A stretch of 64,000 nucleotides of DNA from Longimicrobiales bacterium (GTDB lineage: Bacteria; Gemmatimonadota; Gemmatimonadetes; Longimicrobiales; Gaopeijiaceae), in the NCBI GenBank assembly GCA_965249725.1, contig CBDFMQ010000002.1, positions 1,984,001 through 2,048,000 of the forward strand, written 5' to 3'. Both the position numbers and the translations under genes were made by a program. Under the pieces are notes generated by a model. The model saw only the letters and a program-made list of their open reading frames with translations. It searched no databases and was not told where the DNA came from. Below, piece by piece: positions 17,861 through 27,228 of this stretch. Within the stretch, counting starts at the first letter, position 1, and every line of letters starts with the position of its first letter.

Positions 17861-18496
17861 ATGAGCGAACCGTCCAAGAACATCTGGTACCAGCTGGGCT
17901 ATGCGCTCGAAACCGCCCGCCAGCACGCTCCGGCCCCCAAGAAGGTAAGTAAGAAGCCGGGCAAGGCCGACGCGGCGGCTGGGCCCTCGGCCGTCGACCA
18001 GCTTCTCACCGCCGGCGGGGGGGCCGTCGCTCACAAGCTGATCTCGGCCTTGGCGGGAGGCCAGCCCGGGACCCTTCGCATTGCCAGGGCCGCCCTCGCG
18101 GGCGCGGGCGCAGCCTTCTTCCTCAGCCTATTACGGACTCCGAACGGCTCGTCCGCCGAGGACGGCACAGTGCCCGATCCGGCCCTCCAGCTCCTCATCG
18201 GTGCGGGGCGCGGCATCCTGTACGGCTCCCTGCTGGAGCCCCGCCTACCGGGCTCCCCAGTCTTTCGCGGCGCCACCTTCGGGGTCATGGAGTACGTCGC
18301 GTCGCCCATGGGCGGCCTCGACGGCATCCTGGGCGCCGCAAGCCCCCATCGCACGATGCCGGTCCTGTCCGTCCTCTTGGCCACGGGGGATGAGGTGCCT
18401 GATGGGTCCCTGACCCATCACGTAGCATTCGGCGCGGCGCTCGGCCTTCTCTACGGAGCGGGAAGAGCGAGAAGAGGCAAGCGCGAGGTCGTGTAG
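17861..18496 (+). CDS. Hypothetical membrane protein
   Basis: 211-aa ORF with Gly/Ala-rich hydrophobic segments. It fills the gap between flanking genes. Confidence 0.6.
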   Translation: MSEPSKNIWYQLGYALETARQHAPAPKKVSKKPGKADAAAGPSAVDQLLTAGGGAVAHKLISALAGGQPGTLRIARAALAGAGAAFFLSLLRTPNGSSAEDGTVPDPALQLLIGAGRGILYGSLLEPRLPGSPVFRGATFGVMEYVASPMGGLDGILGAASPHRTMPVLSVLLATGDEVPDGSLTHHVAFGAALGLLYGAGRARRGKREVV

Positions 18497-20151
18497 GGGG
18501 GCAGGCTCCTCGGTTCTGTCCTCAGCATGTCGTCGGGGCACTGGCCGATGCCTGCCTCGGCACCCTCTGCTGCCCCATCGGTCTCGCGGGGCGTCTCCGG
18601 CACCCCGATGATCCCGAAGATCTGGGTCGTCACCTGTTCCCTACCGATGCCCACCAGTCCACAGAACGCCTCGGGCCGCGCCCTCAGCACGGGGACCACG
18701 TAGGCGTTCCCCAACCCATCGACGCGGTCCAACACCACGTAGGAGATTCCGGCGGCTCGGGCTTCCTCGAGGAAACGGTCGGGCTCGGGGCTCAAGGGAT
18801 AGGTCCGACTCTTGACGCCGGAAAGCGTATAGAAGATCCGCGGCTTCCGGCTGAACACGGCCGCATCGTCCGGGGCGTTCTCGCCCAGCCACCGGGCGGC
18901 GGCGACAAACTGCTGAAACCCCTCGCCGTAGCAGGCAAAGGGCCCCGCGGCTCGCACCGCCTCTCGGCACGCCGCCGCCTGACGAGTGGCGTCGTTCCAG
19001 CCCCGAGCGGAGGGGACGATCAGAAGCGAGGCGACGATCAGACCGCCGAGGATCGGCATCCTGGGATGAACACGGGCCGCCCCGGCGAGGAGCGCCTCAC
19101 CGGAGTAGAAGAGCACGAGCGGATAGAGGGGCAGCGCGAACCGATCCCCGGACCAGACCGCCGGCCAGAGCAGGATCAGGCCGAAGTAGAGCGGAAAGAA
19201 CAGCTCGGCCGTGGTGGCCTCCTCTCGAAGGCGCCTGATCCACCCCACCCCCGCCATTCCCACCAAGGCGACGCCGAGCAGCACCAAGGGCGTTCCCGAC
19301 CAGGTCGTCAGCCCCCCTGGGATGTGCGAGAACACGTAGCCCTGGAGGTTGTCCAGCACACGCCGGACGAGGTCTGCGACGCCCGCCGTGCCCAGGTCGG
19401 GCCGGTAGGGATCGATCAGCCAGAACTCGGAGATGTACTGGGCTTGGCCCGAGCTTCGGGAGCGCAACCACCACGCCAAGCTGGGAATCGCGAACGCCAG
19501 GGCGAACCCACCCGATGCCTTCCAGCGACGGGAAAAAGCCAGCGCGCCGCCCACCGCGAGCACGAGGGGCAGTCCGGCCGTGCGAGTGAAGGTCGCAAGA
19601 ATGGCCATGAGACACCCTGCGGCGATCCAGACCCCAGCCCGGCCTCCAGCGGCCTGGCCTCCATCACCCGGGGAATCCGCCTCGGTCGAACGGTGGAGCG
19701 CCCAGAGGCACCCCATGGTGAGAGCCAGGAAGAGCGGGTCGGACAAGATCCAGTTGCTCGACCACAGCAATGCCGGTGACAGCGCGAGAACCGCAGCCAC
19801 GCCCGTGGCCAGGCCCGCGCCATGGCGGTCCCTCACCCAGCCGAAAGAGAGGACGACCGACGTGGTCACCAGCAGGACCGACAGGAGCTTGAAGGTGAGC
19901 CAGGCCTCGGCGCCGAGCAGCATGGCAGCGGCAAGGAGCGCGGGATAGAACGGCGGATACTTGGTGTGAGGCAGATCGGCGGGGTCCCACGCTTCCACAT
20001 AGCCCTCGCCCGAGGCCACGGAGTGCGCCAGCGAGATATAGCCCGCGTTGTCGCCCCCATTGTGCGGGGCCGGGTTGAGTGCGGGGAACGCGATGGCGAG
20101 GTGGGCGATGGCCACCACCAGGAGGATCGCCCAGCCCGGGACAGGCTTCAC
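18451..20151 (-). CDS. GT-C fold membrane glycosyltransferase (ArnT/PMT-like)
   Basis: GGDNAGYISLA, KYPPFYP, ILSDPLF and WSGDRFALP, with many TM helices. GTGA overlap with anmK. Confidence 0.72.
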   Translation of the reverse strand: MKPVPGWAILLVVAIAHLAIAFPALNPAPHNGGDNAGYISLAHSVASGEGYVEAWDPADLPHTKYPPFYPALLAAAMLLGAEAWLTFKLLSVLLVTTSVVLSFGWVRDRHGAGLATGVAAVLALSPALLWSSNWILSDPLFLALTMGCLWALHRSTEADSPGDGGQAAGGRAGVWIAAGCLMAILATFTRTAGLPLVLAVGGALAFSRRWKASGGFALAFAIPSLAWWLRSRSSGQAQYISEFWLIDPYRPDLGTAGVADLVRRVLDNLQGYVFSHIPGGLTTWSGTPLVLLGVALVGMAGVGWIRRLREEATTAELFFPLYFGLILLWPAVWSGDRFALPLYPLVLFYSGEALLAGAARVHPRMPILGGLIVASLLIVPSARGWNDATRQAAACREAVRAAGPFACYGEGFQQFVAAARWLGENAPDDAAVFSRKPRIFYTLSGVKSRTYPLSPEPDRFLEEARAAGISYVVLDRVDGLGNAYVVPVLRARPEAFCGLVGIGREQVTTQIFGIIGVPETPRETDGAAEGAEAGIGQCPDDMLRTEPRSLPPYTTSRLPLLALPAP

Positions 20152-21314
20152 CTGATGGCCCCGGGCGTGAACGAACCCAGGACTCGTGGGCCACGAGCCC
20201 CTGTAGCGTCCGGAGCGTTGCACGCAACGCCGTGCAGGTGCGCCCAGGTCAGCACAGCAAACGCGAGCGCCTCACGCGCATCCGGATCGACACCCAACTC
20301 TCCCCCGTCCAGCACCGGCACCGGAGCCAACTCGGAACGAATCTCCTCCGCCAACACGGGATTGCGGGATCCCCCGCCCATGAGAAACACCTCGTCCAGT
20401 CCCCGAGGGAGGACCCAGGCGCGGTATGCGTCCCCTAGGCTGCGTGCCGTGAGAGCCAGGAGCGTCGCGATCAGGTCGCACCACCCTTGTTCGTCCGAGC
20501 CGGAGACCAGACCCTCGGAGAGCCTGCGCACGTACTCCCGGCCGTACCGCTCTCGTCCCGTGGTCTTCGGAGGCTCCGCCCGCAGGTACTCGTCATCGAG
20601 AAGGCGAGCCAACAGCTCCTGGTCCACCCGACCCCGGCCGGCGAGGACGCCGTCCACGTCGTAGGGGAGCTTGCCGTCGGTTGCCTGGCGCGTCGCCTCG
20701 TCGGCGAGACCCATGCCAGGCCCCGTGTCGAAGGCCAAGAGTGGTTCGTCCGAGCCGGCCGGCGGCAGCCAGGTCACGTTGGAGATGCCACCCATGTTGT
20801 GGACCGCCCTGCTGCGGTCCGGCACGGAGTAGAGCAGCCAGTCGGGCCAGGTCACCATCGGCGCTCCATGGCCCCCGGCCGCTGCATCGCGACTCCGGAA
20901 GTCACTCACCACCGCTGCACCGGTGATCTCGGCCACCGTTGCCGGATCACCGAGCTGTAGGGTCGATCCGCGCTCCCGTCCTTCGGGAGGGATGTGCCAG
21001 ATCGTATGGCCGTGGCAGCCCACGGCAGCCAGATCGGTCGGCGAGACACCGGCGTCCTCGCACACCTGAAGGACGGCCGCCGCCATCCACTCGCCGAGCG
21101 AGGCGTTCAGGTGGCACAGCCCTGCAGGCGTCCCCCCTTCCATGCCCTTCAGCAGCAGCCCCTGTCGATCGAGCCCGTAGGGTGTGTTCACGAAGGCGAC
21201 GAGGGTCCACGCGAAGTCCTCCGGTGTGCTCCCCTCGAAGCGCACCAACGCCGCGTCGATGCCGTCGAGCGAGGTTCCGGACATGAGACCCACCACGAGT
21301 TGACCGGGCGTCAC
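20148..21314 (-). CDS. anmK: Anhydro-N-acetylmuramic acid kinase
   Basis: GLMSGTSLDGID, HGHTIWH, DFRSRDAAAGGHGAP, NMGGISN, AFDTGPG, PPKTTGRE and EALAFA. Confidence 0.95.
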   Translation of the reverse strand: MTPGQLVVGLMSGTSLDGIDAALVRFEGSTPEDFAWTLVAFVNTPYGLDRQGLLLKGMEGGTPAGLCHLNASLGEWMAAAVLQVCEDAGVSPTDLAAVGCHGHTIWHIPPEGRERGSTLQLGDPATVAEITGAAVVSDFRSRDAAAGGHGAPMVTWPDWLLYSVPDRSRAVHNMGGISNVTWLPPAGSDEPLLAFDTGPGMGLADEATRQATDGKLPYDVDGVLAGRGRVDQELLARLLDDEYLRAEPPKTTGRERYGREYVRRLSEGLVSGSDEQGWCDLIATLLALTARSLGDAYRAWVLPRGLDEVFLMGGGSRNPVLAEEIRSELAPVPVLDGGELGVDPDAREALAFAVLTWAHLHGVACNAPDATGARGPRVLGSFTPGAIR

Positions 21315-22225
21315 TCCTCCGAGCCCCCGCCGAGATCTTCCAGCACACGGGTCAGCACTCCATCCGCCGCTTCGAGCATCCGGGTGGCTTCCTCGGCGTC
21401 CACCCCTCGACCTCCCATCACGAGAGCGGTCTTCACATGGCCGCCGGCACCGGCGAGCAAGGCGTCGGCCTCGGTGCGATCAATCGCGAGCGTCTGCATC
21501 AAGATCCTCTCTCCCCGGTCCTGGAGCTTCTCGCACGTGGCCTGCAGGTCCACCATGAGGTTCCCGAACACCTTGCCGATCCGGATCATGGCCCCGGTGG
21601 TGATGATGTTCAGGACCAACTTCGTGGCGGTTCCGGCTTTCATGCGAGTGGACCCCGTTATGACCTCGGGCCCCACCAAGGGAGCGATGACGACGTCGTG
21701 GGTGTTCACCAACTCGGGCGTCGGATGCGTGCAGAGGAGAAACCCCGTCCGAGCCCCCAACTCCCGGGCACGGGCCAGGGCACCGTGTACGTAGGGCGTC
21801 GTCCCCGAGGTGGCGATCCCCAGGACGAAGTCGTCCGGCCCCACGTTTCTCCCGTCGACGGCGTCGGCACCGTCCTCCGTCCGGTCCTCGGCGCCCTCCT
21901 GTGAGCGGACCAGCGCCTCGAGACCGCCCGCTATGATCCCCTGCACCATCGTGGGGTCGGTTCCATAGGTGGGAGGCATCTCGGCTGCATCGAGCACGCC
22001 CAGCCGCCCAGAAGTGCCCGCGCCCACGTAGATCAGGCGCCCACCCGTGTTGAACGCCTCGACCACCATATCGATGGCACTCGCGATCGCCACTCGTTCC
22101 TCCGCCACGGCGTCCGCCACCATGCGGTCCTCGGCGTTGATGAGATCGACGATCTCGACGGCCGAGAGCGTGTCGATGCGCGCGGAACGCGGGTTCCTCT
22201 GCTCTGTAAGACGGTCATCGAGCAT
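21311..22225 (-). CDS. murQ: N-acetylmuramic acid 6-phosphate etherase
   Basis: TEQRNP, YVGAGTSGRLGVLDAAEMPPTYG, GPEVITGSTRMKAGTATK and GNLMVD. Confidence 0.96.
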   Translation of the reverse strand: MLDDRLTEQRNPRSARIDTLSAVEIVDLINAEDRMVADAVAEERVAIASAIDMVVEAFNTGGRLIYVGAGTSGRLGVLDAAEMPPTYGTDPTMVQGIIAGGLEALVRSQEGAEDRTEDGADAVDGRNVGPDDFVLGIATSGTTPYVHGALARARELGARTGFLLCTHPTPELVNTHDVVIAPLVGPEVITGSTRMKAGTATKLVLNIITTGAMIRIGKVFGNLMVDLQATCEKLQDRGERILMQTLAIDRTEADALLAGAGGHVKTALVMGGRGVDAEEATRMLEAADGVLTRVLEDLGGGSEE

Positions 22226-22383
22226 GTATGCCTAACGCTCTTCCGTGAAGGGGACCGAGGCGTCTGTGCGCGTTGCTTGCGGCATCTCGCGGACGCGAAC
22301 AAGCTAACCTTCGTATTTTTCAGGCTGCAACCAACGTCTTGGATCGACCGCAGCCGCAATCCACTACACCGAGTGCACGCCCT

Positions 22384-23592
22384 TTGAACCTTCTCGAGCA
22401 GGCCCGAGCGATGGCCCCGGACCTGGTCGAAATCCGTCGAGATCTGCACCGGCACCCCGAACTCTCCTTTGCAGAGGTACGTACGGCGGGCATCGCCGCA
22501 ACGGCAATGCAGGCGCTCGCGTGCCGGGTCCGAACCCAAGTGGGCGTTACGGGCGTGGTGGCCGACCTCGAGAACGGCGAGGGGCCCACTGTAGCTCTTC
22601 GGGCCGACATGGATGCCCTTCCGATTCAGGAAACGAACGATCACGGCTTCGTCTCGGAGTCTCCGGGCGTCATGCACGCCTGTGGCCATGACGCCCACGT
22701 CGCGGGACTGATCGGAGCTGCGAGGCTGCTGGCTCGGGAACGGGACGTGGGCCGCCTGCCCCAGGGCACGGTCCGCTTCCTCTTTCAGCCCTCCGAGGAG
22801 GGGACCGATGAGGAAGGCAAGAGCGGCGCCATGCGGATGGTGGAGGGGGGTGCCATGGAGGGGGTTTCGGCCATCACGGGACTCCACATCGCTTCCGTAC
22901 TCCCCTCGGGCAAGCTCTTCTTTCGGCCGGGACCCCTGATGGCGGGTACCGAGGAGATCCAGGTGGAGGTCCGAGGTCAGAGCGGTCACGCCGGGAGACC
23001 CGACCTGGGAGTGGACGCCCTCGTGCTGGCCGCCCAGGGGATCGTCGCCGCACAGCAGGCGGTCTCGAGGGCCCTCTCTCCCACCGAAGCGGGGGTACTG
23101 ACGTTCGGCCGCATCGAAGGCGGCACGGCGGGCAACGTCTTGGCCGATCGGGTCACGATCGATGGCACCATGCGGTTCTTCACCGAAGACGTGCGGGAAC
23201 GACTCTGCCGACACCTTGAAGGCTCCTTCCGGATGCTCGAGGCGCTCGGCGCCGAAGTGACCGTGCGCATCGGTCCCGGGTATCTGCCTGTGATCAACGA
23301 TGCCCAGGTCACCGAGTGGGTAAGGTCGGCCGCCGCGGATCTCATGGGCGAGGACTCCACGTTACCGATCGAGCCTATGACTCTCTCGGAGGACTTTTCC
23401 TTTCTGGCGCGCGAGGCGCCGGGCACGTTCTTCTTCCTGGGCGCCGCTCCTGCTGAGCCGAGGATGCACCACCGACCCGACTTCGACATCGATGAATCCG
23501 CTATCCCCATCGGGGCCGCCGCTCTGGCGGCCGGCGCCGTCCGTCTACTGCGCGAGATGGCCGGAAGCACAAACACCACTGAGGAAGATTGA
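22384..23592 (+). CDS. M20D family amidohydrolase (hippurate hydrolase/AmaA-like)
   Basis: RRDLHRHPELSF, LRADMDALP, MHACGHDAH, FQPSEE, SEDFS and HHRPDFDIDE. The start is uncertain (22273-22411). Confidence 0.9.
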   Translation: MNLLEQARAMAPDLVEIRRDLHRHPELSFAEVRTAGIAATAMQALACRVRTQVGVTGVVADLENGEGPTVALRADMDALPIQETNDHGFVSESPGVMHACGHDAHVAGLIGAARLLARERDVGRLPQGTVRFLFQPSEEGTDEEGKSGAMRMVEGGAMEGVSAITGLHIASVLPSGKLFFRPGPLMAGTEEIQVEVRGQSGHAGRPDLGVDALVLAAQGIVAAQQAVSRALSPTEAGVLTFGRIEGGTAGNVLADRVTIDGTMRFFTEDVRERLCRHLEGSFRMLEALGAEVTVRIGPGYLPVINDAQVTEWVRSAAADLMGEDSTLPIEPMTLSEDFSFLAREAPGTFFFLGAAPAEPRMHHRPDFDIDESAIPIGAAALAAGAVRLLREMAGSTNTTEED

Positions 23593-25371
23593 ATGCTAGT
23601 TATGCGACTGACCCGGATGCGCTTGGTGCGCTCGGCTTCCCTCTTCCTCGGTTTGATACTGGCGGTCGGTGCGTGTTCGCCCGAGGCGTCTGCACCCCGA
23701 GAGGCACCGGACGAGTCTACCTCGCTCGATGGCGGGTTTCGCTATCAATCCGATACGCCGCCTGTGACGGCCGAGAAGGCAATGGTGGTGAGCACAGACG
23801 TTTATGCAAGCGACATCGGTGCGGAGATCATGCGTACCGGCGGGAACGCCATCGATGCAGCCATCGCCGTATCTCTGGCACTCGCGGTCGTGAATCCAGA
23901 GGCGGGCAACATCGGGGGTGGCGGCTTCATGATGGTGAGGATGGCCGACGGTACGACCGCCGCCCTCGACTACCGCGAGAAGGCGCCGCTCGCCGCCACT
24001 CGGGACATGTTCCTCGACGAAGCGGGCAACCTCACGGACAAGTCCGTCGTCGGACACCTCGCGTCCGGAGTCCCCGGCTCGGTGATGGGGCTCTGGGAGG
24101 CCCATCAGCGCTTCGGTTCGCTGCCTTGGGCCGACCTGGTCCAGCCGGCGGTGGGTCTGGCGGAAGGGTTCGTGGTCCATCAGCGCTTCCGCGGCAATCT
24201 GGTGAGTTCGAGCAACGGACTCTCACTGTTCGCAACAACCGAGGCGACGTTCATACCGGACGGACACGTAGCGGAAATCGGCGAGACCTTCTCTCAGCCG
24301 GAGTTGGCGTCGACGCTCGGTCGGATTCGCGACCAGGGGGCGGACGGCTTCTATCGCGGTGAGACCGCAGATCTGATCGTAGCTGAAATGGAGCGGGGCG
24401 GCGGTGTCATTTCGCACCAGGACCTCGAGACCTATACCGCCGCTTGGCGTGATCCCATCGCGTTCACATACAGGGGCTACGGTGTTCTTTCGATGCCGCC
24501 ATCCTCGTCGGGCGGAGCCACTATGGCCGAGATGGCGAACATCCTGGAGACTCAGGACCTGAAATCGCTGGAGTACCACTCGGCCGAGATGATCCACCTG
24601 CTCGCAGAGGCGTGGAAGCGGGCGTACTCCGATCGTAACGAATATCTGGCCGATCCGGACTTCATCGATATGCCCCTGGAGCGCATGACGTCTAAGGAGT
24701 ACGCCCGTGAGAGGGGCGCGGACATCGGGGCTAGTGCGACACCCTCTTCAGAGGTGGGCCCCGGGTTGGAGGCACACCGCGAGGGGATTCACACCACACA
24801 CTTCTCCGTGGTGGACTCGGACGGGAACGCCGTTTCCGTAACCACGACGATCAACTCCTGGTTCGGTAGCAAGGTCACAGTCGCTAGAGCCGGATTCGTT
24901 CTCAACAACGAGATGGACGACTTCGCGGCCAAGCCAGGCACGGCGAACCAGTTCGGTCTGGTCCAGGGTGAAAACAACGCGGTGGGACCGGGCAAACGTA
25001 TGCTATCGGCGATGACCCCGACCATCGTGACGCGGCCCGACGGAGAGCTCTTCTTCGTCACTGGTACGCCCGGTGGCGCGACCATCATGACCACCACGTT
25101 TCAGACGATAGTCAACGTGATCGACTACGGAATGAACGTCGTCCAGGCCGTAAACGCCCCTCGTGTGCATCATCAGCACCTACCCGACCAGATCTACTAC
25201 GAGAACGGCGGCCTCAGCGCCGAGGTGGTGGCCGCTCTAGAAGCTATGGGACACACGATGGTGGAGCGCGGCGGGGTCTCGGGTGACGTGCAGGCCATTA
25301 TCGTCATGCCCGACGGCACGCTGCAGGCCCACTCCGATCCGCGGCGCGGCGGTACTGCGGTGGGTTGGTAA
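23593..25371 (+). CDS. ggt: Gamma-glutamyltransferase, probably a lipoprotein
   Basis: GGNAIDAAIA, GNIGGGGF, DYREKAP, autocleavage site H-TTHFS, LNNEMDDF, LSAMTP and DPRRGG. Lipobox-like VGAC. Confidence 0.95.
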   Translation: MLVMRLTRMRLVRSASLFLGLILAVGACSPEASAPREAPDESTSLDGGFRYQSDTPPVTAEKAMVVSTDVYASDIGAEIMRTGGNAIDAAIAVSLALAVVNPEAGNIGGGGFMMVRMADGTTAALDYREKAPLAATRDMFLDEAGNLTDKSVVGHLASGVPGSVMGLWEAHQRFGSLPWADLVQPAVGLAEGFVVHQRFRGNLVSSSNGLSLFATTEATFIPDGHVAEIGETFSQPELASTLGRIRDQGADGFYRGETADLIVAEMERGGGVISHQDLETYTAAWRDPIAFTYRGYGVLSMPPSSSGGATMAEMANILETQDLKSLEYHSAEMIHLLAEAWKRAYSDRNEYLADPDFIDMPLERMTSKEYARERGADIGASATPSSEVGPGLEAHREGIHTTHFSVVDSDGNAVSVTTTINSWFGSKVTVARAGFVLNNEMDDFAAKPGTANQFGLVQGENNAVGPGKRMLSAMTPTIVTRPDGELFFVTGTPGGATIMTTTFQTIVNVIDYGMNVVQAVNAPRVHHQHLPDQIYYENGGLSAEVVAALEAMGHTMVERGGVSGDVQAIIVMPDGTLQAHSDPRRGGTAVGW

Positions 25372-25393
25372 CGAGGAGCGCGCTCCGGTGGCC

Positions 25394-27217
25394 ATGAACG
25401 AACTCCGGACGGTTCTACCGTACTTCCGGCCATACCGGAAGGGCTTGGTATTCGGGCTGGTGCTGGTCGTAGTCAGCAACCTCTTCACGGTTGCCGCCCC
25501 CTACATCGTGAAGCTGGCCGTCGACGATCTCGGCGATCCCACGCTGACGGGCACCCGCATCGGAACGTACGCCCTGCTGATCGTGGGCGTGGCCTTCGTC
25601 GGGGGAGCGGCCAAGTTCGGGATGCGTGAGCTGCTGAACGGTCTGAGCCGACGGATCGAGTGCGACCTCCGGGACGACTTCTTCAGGCACCTTCTCAAGC
25701 TCGACGCGACCTTCTACGGGTCGGTCCGCACCGGCGATCTCATGGCTCGGGCGACGAACGACACACTGGCGGTACGGATGGCCGCCGGCCCGGCCATCAT
25801 GTACTCGGTCAACACGTCGGTCATCTTCGTCCTCGCCCTCGGATTCATGTTGTGGATCAGCCCGCGCCTCACCGCGTACGCGCTGATTCCAATGATCCTC
25901 CTGCCTCCCGTGGTCCTCGCCTTCGGCCGGGTCATCCACGCGCGCTTCGAGCAGATCCAGGAGCAGTTCTCGACCCTGTCGACCATGGTGCAGGAGAACC
26001 TGACGGGCATGCGGATCGTTCGGGCGTACCTGCAAGAGGGGTCACAGGCGCAGCACTTCGATGAACTCAATCGCCAGTACATGGAACGGAACATGGACCT
26101 CGTGAAGGTCGCGGGTCTCTTTCACCCGATCCTCGCCCTCTTCTCCGGCGTGGGCATGGTGATCGTGCTCTGGTTCGGCGGGCTGGAGGTCATCGCCGGT
26201 CGCATCACCATCGGCGCCTTCGTGGCCTTCCAAATCTATCTGGCGCTGCTCATCTGGCCGCTCATCGCGCTGGGATGGGTCGTCAACCTGTATCAGCGGG
26301 GCGCGGCCAGCATGGGACGCATCAACAAGATCCTCGCCACGGAGCCGGGCATCCGAGCGCCGGAGCACCCGAAGCGCCTAGAAACGCCGCAGGGGGAAAT
26401 CGAGTTTCGGCACGTGTCCTTCCGATACCCGGGGACCGAGCGCCTCGTCCTGGAGGACGTTTCGTTCGTAGCCAAGCCCGGCGAAACCGTGGCGGTCGTA
26501 GGCCCCACCGGTTCCGGCAAGACGACGCTTGTGTCGCTGATCCCACGGATCTACGACGCGACCGACGGCGAGGTGCTCTTGGACGGAATAGCCATCCGGG
26601 ACCTGGACCCCGACGAGCTGCGCACAACAATCGGCATGGTGCCGCAGGACCCGTTCCTGTTCTCCACCACGATCGAGGAGAATATCGGGCTCGGCTTACC
26701 TGGAGACTGGTGGGCTCGGGAGGAGCGCGTGACCCACAACGTGCCGGAAGGGCCGTTGGAAGACCCGGAAGAGGCCGTGGCCGAGGCGGCCCGCATCGCC
26801 CAACTCGACGAGTCCATTCGAGACTTCCCGCAGGGCTACGGCACATATCTGGGTGAGAGGGGCATCAACCTCTCTGGAGGGCAGAAACAACGGGCGACCC
26901 TGGCCCGTGCCGTGGCGCGCGACCCGACCATCCTGATTCTGGACGACGCGTTGAGTGCCGTCGACACGCACACCGAAGCCCAGATCCTGGACGACCTGGC
27001 TCGGGTGATGGCGGGACGCACGTCGTTCATCATCAGCCACAGGGTGTCGGCGGTCATGAACGCCGACCTCATCCTGGTACTGGCCGACGGGCGCATCGCG
27101 GAGCGGGGCCGGCACGCAGACCTGATGGAGCTCGGAGGTACCTACGCCACACTCCTGCGCCGGCAGATGCTGGAGCAGGACATCGAATCCACCGTGGTCG
27201 GCACGGCCGGAGACTGA
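25394..27217 (+). CDS. ABC exporter, fused permease/ATPase (MsbA/YheI-like)
   Basis: Six TM segments, RTGDLMARATND, GPTGSGKT, LSGGQKQR and ILDDALSAVD. Confidence 0.93.
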   Translation: MNELRTVLPYFRPYRKGLVFGLVLVVVSNLFTVAAPYIVKLAVDDLGDPTLTGTRIGTYALLIVGVAFVGGAAKFGMRELLNGLSRRIECDLRDDFFRHLLKLDATFYGSVRTGDLMARATNDTLAVRMAAGPAIMYSVNTSVIFVLALGFMLWISPRLTAYALIPMILLPPVVLAFGRVIHARFEQIQEQFSTLSTMVQENLTGMRIVRAYLQEGSQAQHFDELNRQYMERNMDLVKVAGLFHPILALFSGVGMVIVLWFGGLEVIAGRITIGAFVAFQIYLALLIWPLIALGWVVNLYQRGAASMGRINKILATEPGIRAPEHPKRLETPQGEIEFRHVSFRYPGTERLVLEDVSFVAKPGETVAVVGPTGSGKTTLVSLIPRIYDATDGEVLLDGIAIRDLDPDELRTTIGMVPQDPFLFSTTIEENIGLGLPGDWWAREERVTHNVPEGPLEDPEEAVAEAARIAQLDESIRDFPQGYGTYLGERGINLSGGQKQRATLARAVARDPTILILDDALSAVDTHTEAQILDDLARVMAGRTSFIISHRVSAVMNADLILVLADGRIAERGRHADLMELGGTYATLLRRQMLEQDIESTVVGTAGD

Positions 27218-27228
27218 GCCGCTAGATC

